DNA of 64,000 nucleotides from a virus. Made by a program: the position numbers and the translations under genes. A model generated the notes under the pieces. It was not told the DNA's origin. It did not search any database and was given only the letters and a program-made list of their open reading frames with translations. How positions within the stretch are numbered: the stretch's first letter is position 1; each line of letters starts with the position of its first letter. Of this stretch, positions 40,545 to 51,076 are shown piece by piece. The stretch spans positions 6,239 through 70,238 of the IMG/VR virus record IMGVR_UViG_3300036782_000052; one strand, 5' to 3'.

Positions 40545-41168
40545 ATGAGAGCCCCGAAGCTGGCGCCCACCGCGACGGCCAAGCCGCCGCTCGTGCGCGA
40601 GGTGATCGACTTCCTCGACATCAACCGCCTGGTGCCGAACCCGCGCAATCCGCGCAAGCACTCGGACGATCAGATCAACCGGCTGATGGCGAGCCTGCGC
40701 ACCAACGGCCAAACCAGGCACGTGCTGGCCCGCAAGGCGAACCTGATGCTGATCGCCGGTCATGGCGTGCGCGAGGCCGCCATGCGCCTCGGCATGACGC
40801 AGCTCAGCGTCGTGCTGCTGGACGTCGACCAGAAGGAGGCCGACCGGATCATGCTGGCCGACAATCGGCTGGGCGATCTGTCGACCTCGGATCCCGACAA
40901 CGTCGCGGAGATCCTGCGCACCATCGACGCCACCGACTGGCTGGCGACCGGCTACACGCCGGAAGAGGGCGAGAAGCTGTTCAAGGGCATCTCCGGCGCC
41001 GACCTGGTGGTGACCGAGATCGAGAGCGATGACCGGGCCGACGCGTTCTGGATCAGCGTGCGCGGGCCCCTGGGCGAGCAGGCGCAGGCGCTGCAGCGCA
41101 TCAAGGCGCTGATGGCCGATATGCCGAAAGTAGAGGTGACGTTGGGCACGACCGATGACTTCTCGTGA
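40545..41168 (+). CDS. ParB/Srx-like N-terminal-domain protein
   Basis: L.PNPRNPRKH..QI..L..SL...G...IAGHG...A...LADNRL. Confidence 0.8.
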   Translation: MRAPKLAPTATAKPPLVREVIDFLDINRLVPNPRNPRKHSDDQINRLMASLRTNGQTRHVLARKANLMLIAGHGVREAAMRLGMTQLSVVLLDVDQKEADRIMLADNRLGDLSTSDPDNVAEILRTIDATDWLATGYTPEEGEKLFKGISGADLVVTEIESDDRADAFWISVRGPLGEQAQALQRIKALMADMPKVEVTLGTTDDFS

Positions 41169-41357
41169 GGTTTCGCTTTGCCTTGGTTGCATGCGATGGC
41201 ACGAGCCGCCGGTGCCGTGCGAGCACGACAGTTCGAAGCCGTGTCTCACGTGTGGTCGGGTGCGCGGCTATCGATGGAACGACGACAAGGGCAACCCGGC
41301 AGCGCCGGCCGTGATGTGCTGGTCCTGCTGGGATGGCGAAGCGCGGAGGCAAGTCGC

Positions 41358-41852
41358 ATGAAGGTTGAAGACCCGATCACCTCGCCGCCGACGATCCAAG
41401 GCCGCTTTGCCAGCGTCTGGGCGATCGACTATCCCCGCATACTGCGCAATCGCGGGGAGGACCCGTCCGGGATCAAGGCGGCCGTTGCGGGATGGCTGGT
41501 CGAAGCGCCGTGGGCACATCCGTTGTGGCACAGCTACTATGTCACCTTGATCCATCTGCGGCCGGTCGATGGGCTCGGCGATCCGATTATCCATCTGCCG
41601 GCCGCGACGCATGAGCTGACGGTCTTCGCCCTCGATCCGGTCGCGCCGCGGGACAATCTGGTGGAACGCGGCGCCGCCGCGCTGCTGTCTCCGGTCAACT
41701 TCGCCGCTCAGCTGATCTGCGATAGCGACGCGGCGGCGATGGCCGATGCGGCGGCGGCGATACAAAGGATCTGCGATGGGACGCTCAGTCCGGACACGGA
41801 TTTTCTTTCGCAGTGGATCGATCTGTTCGGCGACAACATGGTGAGAAGATGA
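41358..41852 (+). CDS. hypothetical phage protein
   Basis: GGAGG RBS, W...AP.AHP.W..Y. Confidence 0.6.
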   Translation: MKVEDPITSPPTIQGRFASVWAIDYPRILRNRGEDPSGIKAAVAGWLVEAPWAHPLWHSYYVTLIHLRPVDGLGDPIIHLPAATHELTVFALDPVAPRDNLVERGAAALLSPVNFAAQLICDSDAAAMADAAAAIQRICDGTLSPDTDFLSQWIDLFGDNMVRR

Positions 41853-42433
41853 CGTCTCTTGATCCGCAATTCATCGCCGGCATGCGCGCCGGCCTCGAGG
41901 CCGCAGCCAGGCGCTATGACGGGCAGCGTGCTTCGATTGAGCGAAGCCTGGCGGTCGAGAAGGACAAACGCGAGCAGGATCGCTACCGCGTCTGGGTGCA
42001 GGACAACCAGGCGCACGCCGCTGGTCTGCGGGGCATGGCCGAGCAGTTTGACGCCAATCCCAACGAGCTGCTGGCGGTCATGGGTAACGACAAGCCGCCG
42101 CCCGACCCGGACAAGGAGGACATGGCCCATCTGGCTAAGCTGCTGCTGCGCAAGGCGCGTGAGGATGACGAGGGTCTGCTGGCGCTCTTTTCGAACAATC
42201 TGAACACGATCATCGCCGCGCTTGATCGGGCCTCGGCTGCCGACCCCGAACCGAAGGCGCCGACGAAACTACGGCTTGCGACAAACGCGAGCCTGCACCT
42301 GCTGCACGATGAGTTGGTCACCATGTCGGCGGATGCGGTGATCGTCATCGGCGCCGTCCATGTCCAGGCCCACGAGCTTCTGGTGGTGGTTAGGGAAGCC
42401 CTGGCGTGGCGCGAGGACGCCACAGATCAGTGA
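41849..42433 (+). CDS. hypothetical protein
   Basis: ATGA overlap, phage-like codon use. Confidence 0.55.
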   Translation: MTSLDPQFIAGMRAGLEAAARRYDGQRASIERSLAVEKDKREQDRYRVWVQDNQAHAAGLRGMAEQFDANPNELLAVMGNDKPPPDPDKEDMAHLAKLLLRKAREDDEGLLALFSNNLNTIIAALDRASAADPEPKAPTKLRLATNASLHLLHDELVTMSADAVIVIGAVHVQAHELLVVVREALAWREDATDQ

Positions 42434-42677
42434 CCGAAGATCTCGAAGTCCCGGAAGGAACGATCAAAATTATCACCAAACGATCCGAGATGGTATTCGG
42501 ACCACCCAAAGGATTTCTGGCGTGGGACGAAATCCGGTTTCGCCGATGCGAAGCCTGCGGCGAGAATTGGGCGGACGATCCATCGCCGCTTTGCCTTGGC
42601 TGCATGTCACAGCAAGTTCGTTAGTCTTTTCAGATCGATCCGATAGAAACTTGCGCGTCTACCAGAGGAGAAACGTA

Positions 42678-42926
42678 ATGTCTGATGATACGACCACGAC
42701 AGCCGTCACTACGACGGACGCAGACCCGCCCGCGACGCCAACGCACGTTGTCGTAGCACCGGGCCATCGTATCCTGCATCACCACCGTCACGCTACCGGC
42801 CAGGTGGTAGCGTCGGTCTCTCACGCCGGTGAGACCGTCGCGGTGTCGCCGGGCGACGCCGATGCCCTGGTTGCCAGTGGCGCGGCGACGCCGGCCCCAT
42901 CGCAACCGGCTGACAGTCTCGACTAG
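42678..42926 (+). CDS. hypothetical protein
   Basis: GAGGAG RBS. Confidence 0.5.
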   Translation: MSDDTTTTAVTTTDADPPATPTHVVVAPGHRILHHHRHATGQVVASVSHAGETVAVSPGDADALVASGAATPAPSQPADSLD

Positions 42927-42969
42927 GATCAGCGGGGGCTTCGGCCCCCGCGCGTTCTCGGAGGATTTG

Positions 42970-43245
42970 ATGTCAGACCAACCGCCCGCAGCCATCAATA
43001 ATCGCGTTGAGACGGGGCTAAGTTTTGTCTCCCCAGTGCAGATGCCGACCCTCACGCTTGGCGGCAACATAGCCAGCGTAACGGATGACGGGACGGTTCG
43101 TATCGACTGGCCGAAGGTCGAAGAAGCCGCTCGCCCCCATGATCCGACCGCGTCAGCTTGGGTCGTCGACGGCGTGACCCGGAGCATCGCCAGGATGCTG
43201 ATCGCTGTGCGGGATCACACCTCCAAAACGTTCGACGAGCGGTAA
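42970..43245 (+). CDS. hypothetical protein
   Basis: GGAGG RBS. Confidence 0.5.
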   Translation: MSDQPPAAINNRVETGLSFVSPVQMPTLTLGGNIASVTDDGTVRIDWPKVEEAARPHDPTASAWVVDGVTRSIARMLIAVRDHTSKTFDER

Positions 43246-43554
43246 CCGATGGAACAACTCTTATCTCAGTGGCAAGCTATGGCGTGGATCGCTTGGCGGA
43301 CCAAAGAGGCGCTGCGCGCCTTCCAAGAGCCCGATGGATCGAAGAAGTGGCAGGACGCGCTCGCCGGCAAATATCCGCCGGGGCTTGGTCGTCCGAGGAT
43401 GATGACCCCGCAGCAGGCGCAAGCCGATCTCGAGCGTAGCGTTAAGGCCGGCGAGGTGCGTCCCATCGACCCGCCACGCGTCCTCCATTGAAGAAGTTAT
43501 CGACAGACTTATCCCCCGAATTGGGGATAGTTCGATGTCGGATTGCGGGATGAC

Positions 43555-44199
43555 ATGCCACGGCTGAAAACGCCCTGCGAGAAGATCAACGGCTGGGCGA
43601 TCCGCCAGAAGGATAGCGACCCGGGCGCGATCCGCGCGAAGGTGCAGATCCGCACGGCGGTGCTGGACGGCATCGGCGCCGATGAGGCCCGGGTGTTCGA
43701 TGCCTTCGCCGGCGAGGGCACGATGTATCGCGAGGTCTGGAAGAACGCCGCGTCCTATGTCGGCTGCGACCTGGAGAAGTTCGTCCGCGATGAGCGGGTG
43801 GCCTACGTCGCGGACAACCGCCGGGTCATGCGGTGCATCGACATCGGCGCCTTCAACGTCTTCGACTTCGATGCCTACGGCTCGCCGTGGGAACAGGTCT
43901 ACCTGATGATCAAGCGGCGCCAGGTCGCGCCTGGCGAGCGGATCGGCGTGGTACTGACCGAGGGCCAAGGCATGAAGATGGACATGGGGGGAATGTCGGC
44001 CGCGCTGTCTCTGGTGGCCGGGGTGCGCCAATACATGCCCGGCATGGGCGCGGCGCAACAGCAGATCGTCAATCGGGCGGTGTCGCGCACCGCGACGATG
44101 ATGAATACGACGATAGAAAAGCACTTTCAGGCGATATCAAAGCATTCGAGCACTATCCGCTATATCGGGATGGTGCTGCGCGGGGCGGAGCATGGCTAA
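43555..44199 (+). CDS. SAM-dependent methyltransferase-like protein
   Basis: VFDAFAGEG (motif I) and FDFDAYGSPW. Confidence 0.65.
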   Translation: MPRLKTPCEKINGWAIRQKDSDPGAIRAKVQIRTAVLDGIGADEARVFDAFAGEGTMYREVWKNAASYVGCDLEKFVRDERVAYVADNRRVMRCIDIGAFNVFDFDAYGSPWEQVYLMIKRRQVAPGERIGVVLTEGQGMKMDMGGMSAALSLVAGVRQYMPGMGAAQQQIVNRAVSRTATMMNTTIEKHFQAISKHSSTIRYIGMVLRGAEHG

Positions 44200-45056
44200 T
44201 GCGCATCCGCTGGGTGAGCGAACGGCGGCGCGCCGCGGTTGCAGACCACCGGGTAGAACGCGTTGTCGGTCGGCAGCCTCTCGCCGTTATGCGAGGCGGC
44301 CCACAGCATCGACGCGGTTCGCATGTCTTGGGCATGGATCAGGTTGCGAACGGTATCACTGGCGCAGAACTGCGTCTCGATCTCGGTCAAGGCGGTGTTG
44401 AAGTGGGCTTCCGCCTCCCGCCGCGACGCCTCGGCTTGCGCTATGCTGGTTTCCAGCGTGCTCACCCTGGCGTTCAGCCGGCCGCGGTCGGTGCGACTTT
44501 CAGCGTCGGCCGCAACCCCCGAAGTCGCCTGACTTTCCAATTGGCGCAAGCGACCCTCGGCGACGGCCTGGATTGCCTGGTCTGCCGCCCGAGCGGACTT
44601 GAGTTGTTCCATCGCCAGCACCTGCGGCGCGGTGGCGACGTTGATCTGCAGCCCGATCAGCAGCCAGCACCCGCTCAACACGCCGAGCACCACGGTGGTC
44701 ATGCCGATCAAGAGCATCCAGTTCGGTTTACCCTGCTCGGCGATGGTCTTATTGATCGGGGCCAGCGACTCCTCCAGCCGCTCGCGCATACCGACTATCT
44801 GTGCTTCGAACTCTTGGCGGGTGACCGCGCGGGCTTGCGCCTCGACAAAGCTAGTTCGGAAAGCTTCCTGGTTTTCGATGCGCCGGTGAACGGCATCAAG
44901 CTGAGCCGTGAGAGCCTGGCGGTCGGCCTCATAGCGATACTTGATGAGTTCGTCGTTGGCTACTTGCTTTTGCTCCAGGAAGTCGCCGAGGATTTCGACG
45001 GTCCAATTGGAGCGATCAGGTTCGGTCACGGGCCTGCCTTGCCGGGTCGTCGGCAT
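44196..45056 (-). CDS. coiled-coil single-pass membrane protein
   Basis: hydrophobic WMLLIG...WLLIG segment flanked by heptads. Confidence 0.55.
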   Translation of the reverse strand: MPTTRQGRPVTEPDRSNWTVEILGDFLEQKQVANDELIKYRYEADRQALTAQLDAVHRRIENQEAFRTSFVEAQARAVTRQEFEAQIVGMRERLEESLAPINKTIAEQGKPNWMLLIGMTTVVLGVLSGCWLLIGLQINVATAPQVLAMEQLKSARAADQAIQAVAEGRLRQLESQATSGVAADAESRTDRGRLNARVSTLETSIAQAEASRREAEAHFNTALTEIETQFCASDTVRNLIHAQDMRTASMLWAASHNGERLPTDNAFYPVVCNRGAPPFAHPADAH

Positions 45057-45354
45057 GAACCTTCTCTCGCTAGAGCGAACTTCTCCGGCATAATCCCGTC
45101 TCGGGAGTCGGTATTATGACACATCGTTTAGACGCCAACTAACCGACAGGTTTTTCGTAAGCCGAATTGGCCCTACGTCCGTAGACACTATCACGCGATC
45201 GCGAGGCGACACAATGAAATTGACCGATTGTCACATTCCCGATGCGCGAACGATACGGGGCCGGCAGGCATGAGTCCGGGCTGGCAGTGGGCGCTGGCGA
45301 CCGGCTTGCTGGTAGCGGTCGTGGCTTGGTTGTTATGGCTGGTGACGGCAGCTG

Positions 45355-45540
45355 TTAGATGATCTTCTCGAAGCGAGCGGCCCATTCCGCCAGCGGGCGC
45401 ACCCAACGGCGGCCATCGGTTTGCGACTGGTAGACGATCAGCCGCTCACCAGTCGCCTCGGCCGCGGCCAGACACAGCACACGATAGAAATGGCCGCTGT
45501 GATGCTCCCAGATTTCGCCGGCTTCGGGCTCAGCGTCCAT
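45355..45540 (-). CDS. DUF1653-like protein
   Basis: W.HH.G..Y.V...A...T.E..IVY......WVRPL.EW..RF. Confidence 0.75.
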   Translation of the reverse strand: MDAEPEAGEIWEHHSGHFYRVLCLAAAEATGERLIVYQSQTDGRRWVRPLAEWAARFEKII

Positions 45541-45543
45541 CGG

Positions 45544-45834
45544 TCACCGGCACGCATGGGACAAATGCAGGAACCCGGCGGTCCACAGATACAGCCCGCA
45601 GACGACGAAGCCGACCAGCGCGCCAAAACAGAGCACCAACAGCCCGCCGTTACGATGCGCCGAGTTCTCGGCCAGTTCGGCAAACTGCCAGTTGACGACG
45701 CCACGCAGGCGGAGGATCTCCTGCATCGCATCCGGCGCGGCTTGGCTGCGCTGCGCTGGATCGGGCGAGCTGAGCCGGTCCAGCAGACTGTTGGTGAGAG
45801 GAGTGACCGAGGTCGTTTCATTCTGGTTCGACAT
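45544..45834 (-). CDS. hypothetical membrane protein
   Basis: C-terminal TM segment, GGAAAGG RBS. Confidence 0.45.
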   Translation of the reverse strand: MSNQNETTSVTPLTNSLLDRLSSPDPAQRSQAAPDAMQEILRLRGVVNWQFAELAENSAHRNGGLLVLCFGALVGFVVCGLYLWTAGFLHLSHACR

Positions 45835-45895
45835 TCATGGCCTTTCCGCGTCTTGTTCGTTCAAGACGCACGCCATGTCGATATCTGCAAGTGTG

Positions 45896-45932
45896 AAAAG
45901 GGCGGGCGACCGGACTCCGCCAGTCGCCCGCC
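45896..45932 (-). terminator. rho-independent terminator for leftward early genes
   Basis: GGCGGGCGAC...GTCGCCCGCC stem then CTTTT on the - strand. Confidence 0.6.
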
Positions 45933-46245
45933 GGGCGTCCTACTGCCAGGATAAGCCTGGGTTCAGACCACTCAAATCACGTGTCGTCCCGGTGTCGAAG
46001 CATTTGACACATCGCTGTTCAAATAGCCAATGACATTTAGGCGGATCATGGCGCCACCGCGACTTCAGCGATCGGGCGACCGCATTCGATACAGCGCAAA
46101 AGCATGCTTCCCGTCGCCAGGTTATAGGCGACGGTCAAGCCAGCATCGAGATGGCATTTCGCATGTAGAAACATCTCGCGATGATCTTCGTGCGTGCAGC
46201 CCGGCGTCGAGCATTGCGCGCGGTCAAGCTGGGTTCTGGTCAGCA

Positions 46246-46752
46246 TCATGTTTTCCGCCCCGCGCGTTCGAGCAACGCCCAGGCGACGCAGCGCTCGGCA
46301 TCGGCGAGTTCCAGCAGCTTCTGGGCCATCTGCTCGACGCCGATCTGCTTGGCCAGTGCGACGGTGCCGTGGCCGAGGATCGTCACCGCGAGCCAAGGCG
46401 CCGGTGGTGGCGGCAGCGTCATGACCCCCGGTTCGTTGGCCACGTCGGCATACATCGCCGCCCAGGCTTTGGCGCTGTTCGGCGGCGGATCATCCGAGGG
46501 CGAAAGCGTCGCATCCCAGCACAGCACGCAATACGATATCGCGTAGCCCTGCTGGCGCATGGTCCACTTGAAGACCTCACCGGCATCACCCTGGCGTCGC
46601 GGCTCGTGCAGCTCGACGCTCCAGCCGGAGCTGAGACTACGGTCGCGGTTGATGCGCTCGATTAGCTGCTTGATGACGTCGTTGCTGACGTCATCGCGCA
46701 CGCTGACCACCGAATGGCCGGTGGTCAGCGTGATGAACGTGAATGCGCTCAT
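46246..46752 (-). CDS. hypothetical protein
   Basis: GGGAG RBS. Confidence 0.55.
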   Translation of the reverse strand: MSAFTFITLTTGHSVVSVRDDVSNDVIKQLIERINRDRSLSSGWSVELHEPRRQGDAGEVFKWTMRQQGYAISYCVLCWDATLSPSDDPPPNSAKAWAAMYADVANEPGVMTLPPPPAPWLAVTILGHGTVALAKQIGVEQMAQKLLELADAERCVAWALLERAGRKT

Positions 46753-46761
46753 TTGATCTCC

Positions 46762-47175
46762 CTAACGAGCCTGGATCATCGCCTTGGTCATGGCGACATC
46801 GGTGGGGTCATTGGCGTTGTGCCAAAAGATGCACGCCGCCTCATACATCGCCGTCCGCGCAGAGAGTGGCAGCCGCTCGATGTGCTCCGCCAGGTGCTGC
46901 GCGTCGATGCCCCACTTCGCGCCGAGGTTCGGGGTGTCGGCGACGTTCGCCCAGGCGTTAGAGACGGCGATCGGATGAATGAACTCGATCTGGGCGCCGT
47001 TGTTGGCGTCGAGGAAGGCCATCCATTCGTCCTTGGTGAAGGGCAGTTGCCTGAGTTCGTGGGCGATCAGGTCGAGGTATCGCGCGGCGATCCCGTTGAT
47101 CCGGAAGTTCTTCTCTTGGTCGTCGCATCCGACGAGCAGCTTTTCCAGCGCAGGCAGTTCGTCTACTTCGATCAT
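46762..47175 (-). CDS. hypothetical protein
   Basis: GAAGGA RBS, coupled to neighbours. Confidence 0.55.
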   Translation of the reverse strand: MIEVDELPALEKLLVGCDDQEKNFRINGIAARYLDLIAHELRQLPFTKDEWMAFLDANNGAQIEFIHPIAVSNAWANVADTPNLGAKWGIDAQHLAEHIERLPLSARTAMYEAACIFWHNANDPTDVAMTKAMIQAR

Positions 47176-47663
47176 TGTGTGTCCTTCCGTGATGTCGCCG
47201 CGTAACGCAGCATGTCCATGATCTGCTCGCGCATGTTGACCGATGCGCACCACAACACGCAGTCGCTGCCGAATGCGCTCACTTGCCAGTAGACCGCGTC
47301 ACCGTCGGGGCCGGCGCCCATCAGCATCAGCCACCAGCCAATCCGACGGCCGGTCGGCAAGACCTCGACGTAGTGGCGCAGCTGCATCAACGGCGGCCCT
47401 GGCGTGTACCCAGCCTCCTCGCGCAGCCCGCGGGTTTCGAGATCGAGCGCGATCGCCTGCTCAATCTCGTCTCGGGTCACTGGCTCACCCAGCACACCCC
47501 CGATGGCCTCGATCGCTTCGAGTGCATCGGCGGCGACGCTGTTGCCGGGGCGATGCCCGAGCAGCATCACCGAGCCGACTGCCATCGGCAGAATGCGCGG
47601 CGTGGCCCGCCGATAGCCGAGGCGGAACACGGCGCGCGCCAGGTCGGCGGCATACTCGCTCAT
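47172..47663 (-). CDS. hypothetical protein
   Basis: GGAGG RBS, coupled overlaps. Confidence 0.5.
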   Translation of the reverse strand: MSEYAADLARAVFRLGYRRATPRILPMAVGSVMLLGHRPGNSVAADALEAIEAIGGVLGEPVTRDEIEQAIALDLETRGLREEAGYTPGPPLMQLRHYVEVLPTGRRIGWWLMLMGAGPDGDAVYWQVSAFGSDCVLWCASVNMREQIMDMLRYAATSRKDTQ

Positions 47664-48223
47664 CAGTCGCCTCCCTTGCAGGTGATGGCGTCCTTCATAG
47701 CAGCCCCCGGCGTCGGATACCGGGCATAGAAGCGCTTGATCTCCGCGTCCCACGCCTCCGGTCCGGCCCATTCTCGCAAGCCGGAGCGATGCCAGTTCGC
47801 CACTGTACGGCTGAACTCCGGCGATACGGTGGTGAACCGCAGTGCGCGGACGACGCCGGCGCCGTCCAGGGTGTGGATGGTGAGCGCCAGCCGCACCTTT
47901 CGATTGTCCCAGAGCGCCTCCTCGTCCGGGATCTTGCGCAGGTCAGGATGGGCCAGCCCCGGCGCGTAGGGTCCATCGAACTCGCCGATCGGCGTGTTGA
48001 CCAGGAAGCAAAAGCCGCCCGTCATCTTCAGCACGCCGAACCGATACGTAGCCTCCTGGAGCTGCTTGGCCTCGCTGTCGCTCAGCGGATCAAACACGAG
48101 CAGCACAATAAAGCCGCTCTTCGTGAGAACGGTCTGCATGCCCTCATGCTTCACGCGCAGATTATCCCACAGCGGATGTTTCGTATGGAGCATCACGGTC
48201 ATTGGTTTGTCGCTGTCGCTCAT
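47663..48223 (-). CDS. hypothetical protein
   Basis: GGGAGAG RBS, ATG 48223. Confidence 0.55.
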   Translation of the reverse strand: MSDSDKPMTVMLHTKHPLWDNLRVKHEGMQTVLTKSGFIVLLVFDPLSDSEAKQLQEATYRFGVLKMTGGFCFLVNTPIGEFDGPYAPGLAHPDLRKIPDEEALWDNRKVRLALTIHTLDGAGVVRALRFTTVSPEFSRTVANWHRSGLREWAGPEAWDAEIKRFYARYPTPGAAMKDAITCKGGD

Positions 48224-48582
48224 GCTTTGCTCTCCCGTGGTGGTGTCGCCGCAGGGCAGAGTTTCGACATGGCACGCCGTAGCGCGGCTATCTGCTGGGC
48301 GGTCCAATGTTCCGGCCATTCGCCAGCCAAAAGAAACTGTGCCGCGTTATAGAGTGCCGCCTTTTCTGCTTCGGTGAGAATCGGTTCGTCGCTCATGCTT
48401 TGCTCTCCCGTGGTGGTGTCGCCGCAGGGCAGAGTTTCGACATGGCACGCCGTAGCGCGGCTATCTGCTGGGCGGTCCAATGTTCCGGCCATTCGCCAGC
48501 CAAAAGAAACTGTGCCGCGTTATAGAGTGCCGCCTTTTCTGCTTCGGTGAGAATCGGTTCGTCGCTCATGCTTTGCTCTCCC
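48215..48582. repeat. tandem duplication, 173-bp period (2 copies + 22 bp), carrying two identical 58-aa ORFs (48220..48396 and 48393..48569, - strand)
   Basis: GTCGCTCATGCTTTGCTCTCCC at 48215, 48388, 48561 with identical intervening sequence. Confidence 0.9.
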
Positions 48583-49027
48583 ACGCCTTCCGCGTGGCGG
48601 GCACGTCCAGCAGCGCGGCCTCCCAGGTCGGCGCGCGGCAGGTGTGGAACACCATCGTCTCGCGGCCGGCGTTGATCCGCTTCAGATAGCGGTGGTTGCC
48701 GTCGAGCAGCAGGAAGGACCCATCCTCCATGAACACGGCAATCCCCGGCTCCTCCATGCGAGCGCGCGGCATTCGTCTCAAGTGCGCCATGTTGATCCCC
48801 CTGGTTTCATCGATCATCCTGGCGTCTTCCGGGATAAGGGGTATTTCGATCGTCTCCCATTGCTCGGGGTGTTGCGCGTGCATCTCGATCAGCCGCGGGA
48901 TGCAGAACACGAGGTCTTCGTGGCCCTCGCGAGTGAATATGTAGAGTTGGCCTTCGCCGGGCGCGGTGAATGTCGAGCCGTCGCGCAGCCGCACGGTCAG
49001 CGGCTTGTTGCTGTCAGGTATGTTCAT
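48566..49027 (-). CDS. ParB/Srx-like small protein
   Basis: EPGI......LLDGNHR. Confidence 0.55.
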   Translation of the reverse strand: MNIPDSNKPLTVRLRDGSTFTAPGEGQLYIFTREGHEDLVFCIPRLIEMHAQHPEQWETIEIPLIPEDARMIDETRGINMAHLRRMPRARMEEPGIAVFMEDGSFLLLDGNHRYLKRINAGRETMVFHTCRAPTWEAALLDVPATRKAWESKA

Positions 49028-49217
49028 GGGCCTTCGCCCTCCTTGAAAACGTCGGTGTGGACGCTGATCTGCTCGCGCTCGATCTCGACCCAGGTGTGGC
49101 CGTCCTCCTGACGAATAGCTTTGGTACGGGCCGTGGTCTGGTTGGTCGCCTCAACCTCAATCGAGACGACCAGCTCAACACGGAGGACTTTCGTCCTCCG
49201 CACTGTGAACAGCGGCA

Positions 49218-50030
49218 TCAGCCGAACAGGCTGGTTTGCACGGCCGACAGATGCGCCGGCAGCGGGATCGGATTGACCCGGCCACGCTTCAAGGCCTCGA
49301 CCAGCCAGGCGTTCTCGGGCCTGGCCAACTCCTGTTCGGTCGCGGCCTTGCCATCCGGGCTCAACGGCAGCAGTTTGAAAGCCGGTCGCACGTTCTTTTC
49401 CCGGCTGGCGTGGGATCCCGTCGTGGGGCGTTCGATCGCCACCGTCCGCTCCCGCAGCCCATTACGGAACAGGTCCTCAACGCTCCGATAGTCCGGCAGG
49501 ATCGCTGGTTTGCCCTTGATGTCGGTGAGCAGACTCATGGCGCCCGCCGGCGAGGGCCAACGGGCCTTTGGATCCGCCGCGACCACCCACGCCGAGGCAT
49601 CCACGAAGCCGCCCCAGACGCAGCGGCAAGGCACATAGTCGAGCCAGAGCAGGAAGCTGCCGGGTCGAGCCCAGGACGGCACGGTCCCAGGGTCGGCACC
49701 GAACGCCCTGATGATGGCCTCCGGCGCACCCGGCGCCTCGCGATCGCCCGTGGGGTTCAGCAGCTTGTGCAGGCGGGTCGACAGCTCCCCGACGAGCTGG
49801 GCTTCGTCATTCAAGGCTTCGGACGATGACCACCGCCCGAAATAGATGTTCGTCTTCCGCGGCTGCGCCATGAAAGCATCCACCCGATCGAGCACCGCGC
49901 CGATCTGGCGAAGCAGATCCTCCTCGGTATCGGGAATTGCCGGCTTTTTCCGACGATCGGCTTTCCGCAAGAACCGGGGCGCGCGCGCCCGTGTCGGCTT
50001 GGCGGACTTTGCAACGTTACGCTTTGCCAT
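49218..50030 (-). CDS. hypothetical protein
   Basis: AGGAG RBS, VP.W..PG.F motif. Confidence 0.55.
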   Translation of the reverse strand: MAKRNVAKSAKPTRARAPRFLRKADRRKKPAIPDTEEDLLRQIGAVLDRVDAFMAQPRKTNIYFGRWSSSEALNDEAQLVGELSTRLHKLLNPTGDREAPGAPEAIIRAFGADPGTVPSWARPGSFLLWLDYVPCRCVWGGFVDASAWVVAADPKARWPSPAGAMSLLTDIKGKPAILPDYRSVEDLFRNGLRERTVAIERPTTGSHASREKNVRPAFKLLPLSPDGKAATEQELARPENAWLVEALKRGRVNPIPLPAHLSAVQTSLFG

Positions 50031-50128
50031 AGCTGGCTCTCCTGTTCCATCGGCTTAGTCGCCGAATGGCCTGCGTCTTGACTGGCGCAGAAGGAACCTG
50101 CATCGAGCGGATGCAGCTTCCTTCCTCG

Positions 50129-51076
50129 TCAGATCAGTTGCGATCGATTGTTCAGTTGGCGTGTCAGTTGATGGTAGTGTTCCGGCAGCTGGCGGAACGT
50201 TTGTTTGTCGATCGTGGCACCGCCTTTCTCGTCCGGCAGACGCTCCCAGCCGTTGTCGATCAACCACTGAAAGCGCCTGCCTGGGCTCAATGTCGCCGGG
50301 GCATTCGTCCAGTTCGGATGCGAGCGTATCTGGCCGGATTGCTTGTGCCAGAGCGGGATCTCGGCCCGTCGCGCCGCATTCATGGCATCGACCAGCCATT
50401 TTCGCTCCATGATACGGGCACCAGCACCACTCTCGCCGCCGGTGATCGCCCACGAAATGCCTTCCAGGTTGATCTGATCGGTCGGGCCGATGATGGGCTC
50501 AATGCTGACGAAGAACGTCCCAGTGCCGGCGCATCGCCCCTTGATCGTGCGCATGACGTTCAACCGCGGTGCGACGTCGTTGTTCTCGACCGAGACGCCG
50601 ATCCAGATATTCGCTGGGATGCCGCTCTTGCCATAGCGCGCAACGAGGATCTTACGCGCCCGGATCGGCCGCTTGGTCAGTATTTGGAAGATCGTTTCCG
50701 GCGCGGCCTCGAAGGCGTCGAGGGCCTGGTGAATAGCCTCCTCCGGCACGTCATCGTGCCAGAAGTCGGACATTGAATTGACGAAGCACAGGTAGGGCAG
50801 TCGCTTGCCGTCCGCCTCGACATGCGGCCGCATCCTGCGGATGTGGCTCAGCCGATCGAGGTGCAACACCACCCGGTCGAAGGGCGCGGCGAACTTTGCC
50901 TTGGTGATGGCGGCGCGGCTGGCCGGGGTATCCCCCGGCCCTCCACCCATCTTCGCGAACCGCGTCACCAGCGCTTCGGCATAGCAGTTGTTGCAGCCGG
51001 CGCTGACCTTGTGACAGCCGACCCACGCATTCAGCGTGCCACTACACCAACTGATACCGCTGTTCAGTACGACCAT
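50129..51076 (-). CDS. DUF5131 / phage Gp37-Gp68 radical-SAM-like protein
   Basis: GCHKVSAGCNNCYA, FVNSMSDFWH, QILTKR, GVSVEN, TGGESG..AR. Confidence 0.9.
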   Translation of the reverse strand: MVVLNSGISWCSGTLNAWVGCHKVSAGCNNCYAEALVTRFAKMGGGPGDTPASRAAITKAKFAAPFDRVVLHLDRLSHIRRMRPHVEADGKRLPYLCFVNSMSDFWHDDVPEEAIHQALDAFEAAPETIFQILTKRPIRARKILVARYGKSGIPANIWIGVSVENNDVAPRLNVMRTIKGRCAGTGTFFVSIEPIIGPTDQINLEGISWAITGGESGAGARIMERKWLVDAMNAARRAEIPLWHKQSGQIRSHPNWTNAPATLSPGRRFQWLIDNGWERLPDEKGGATIDKQTFRQLPEHYHQLTRQLNNRSQLI

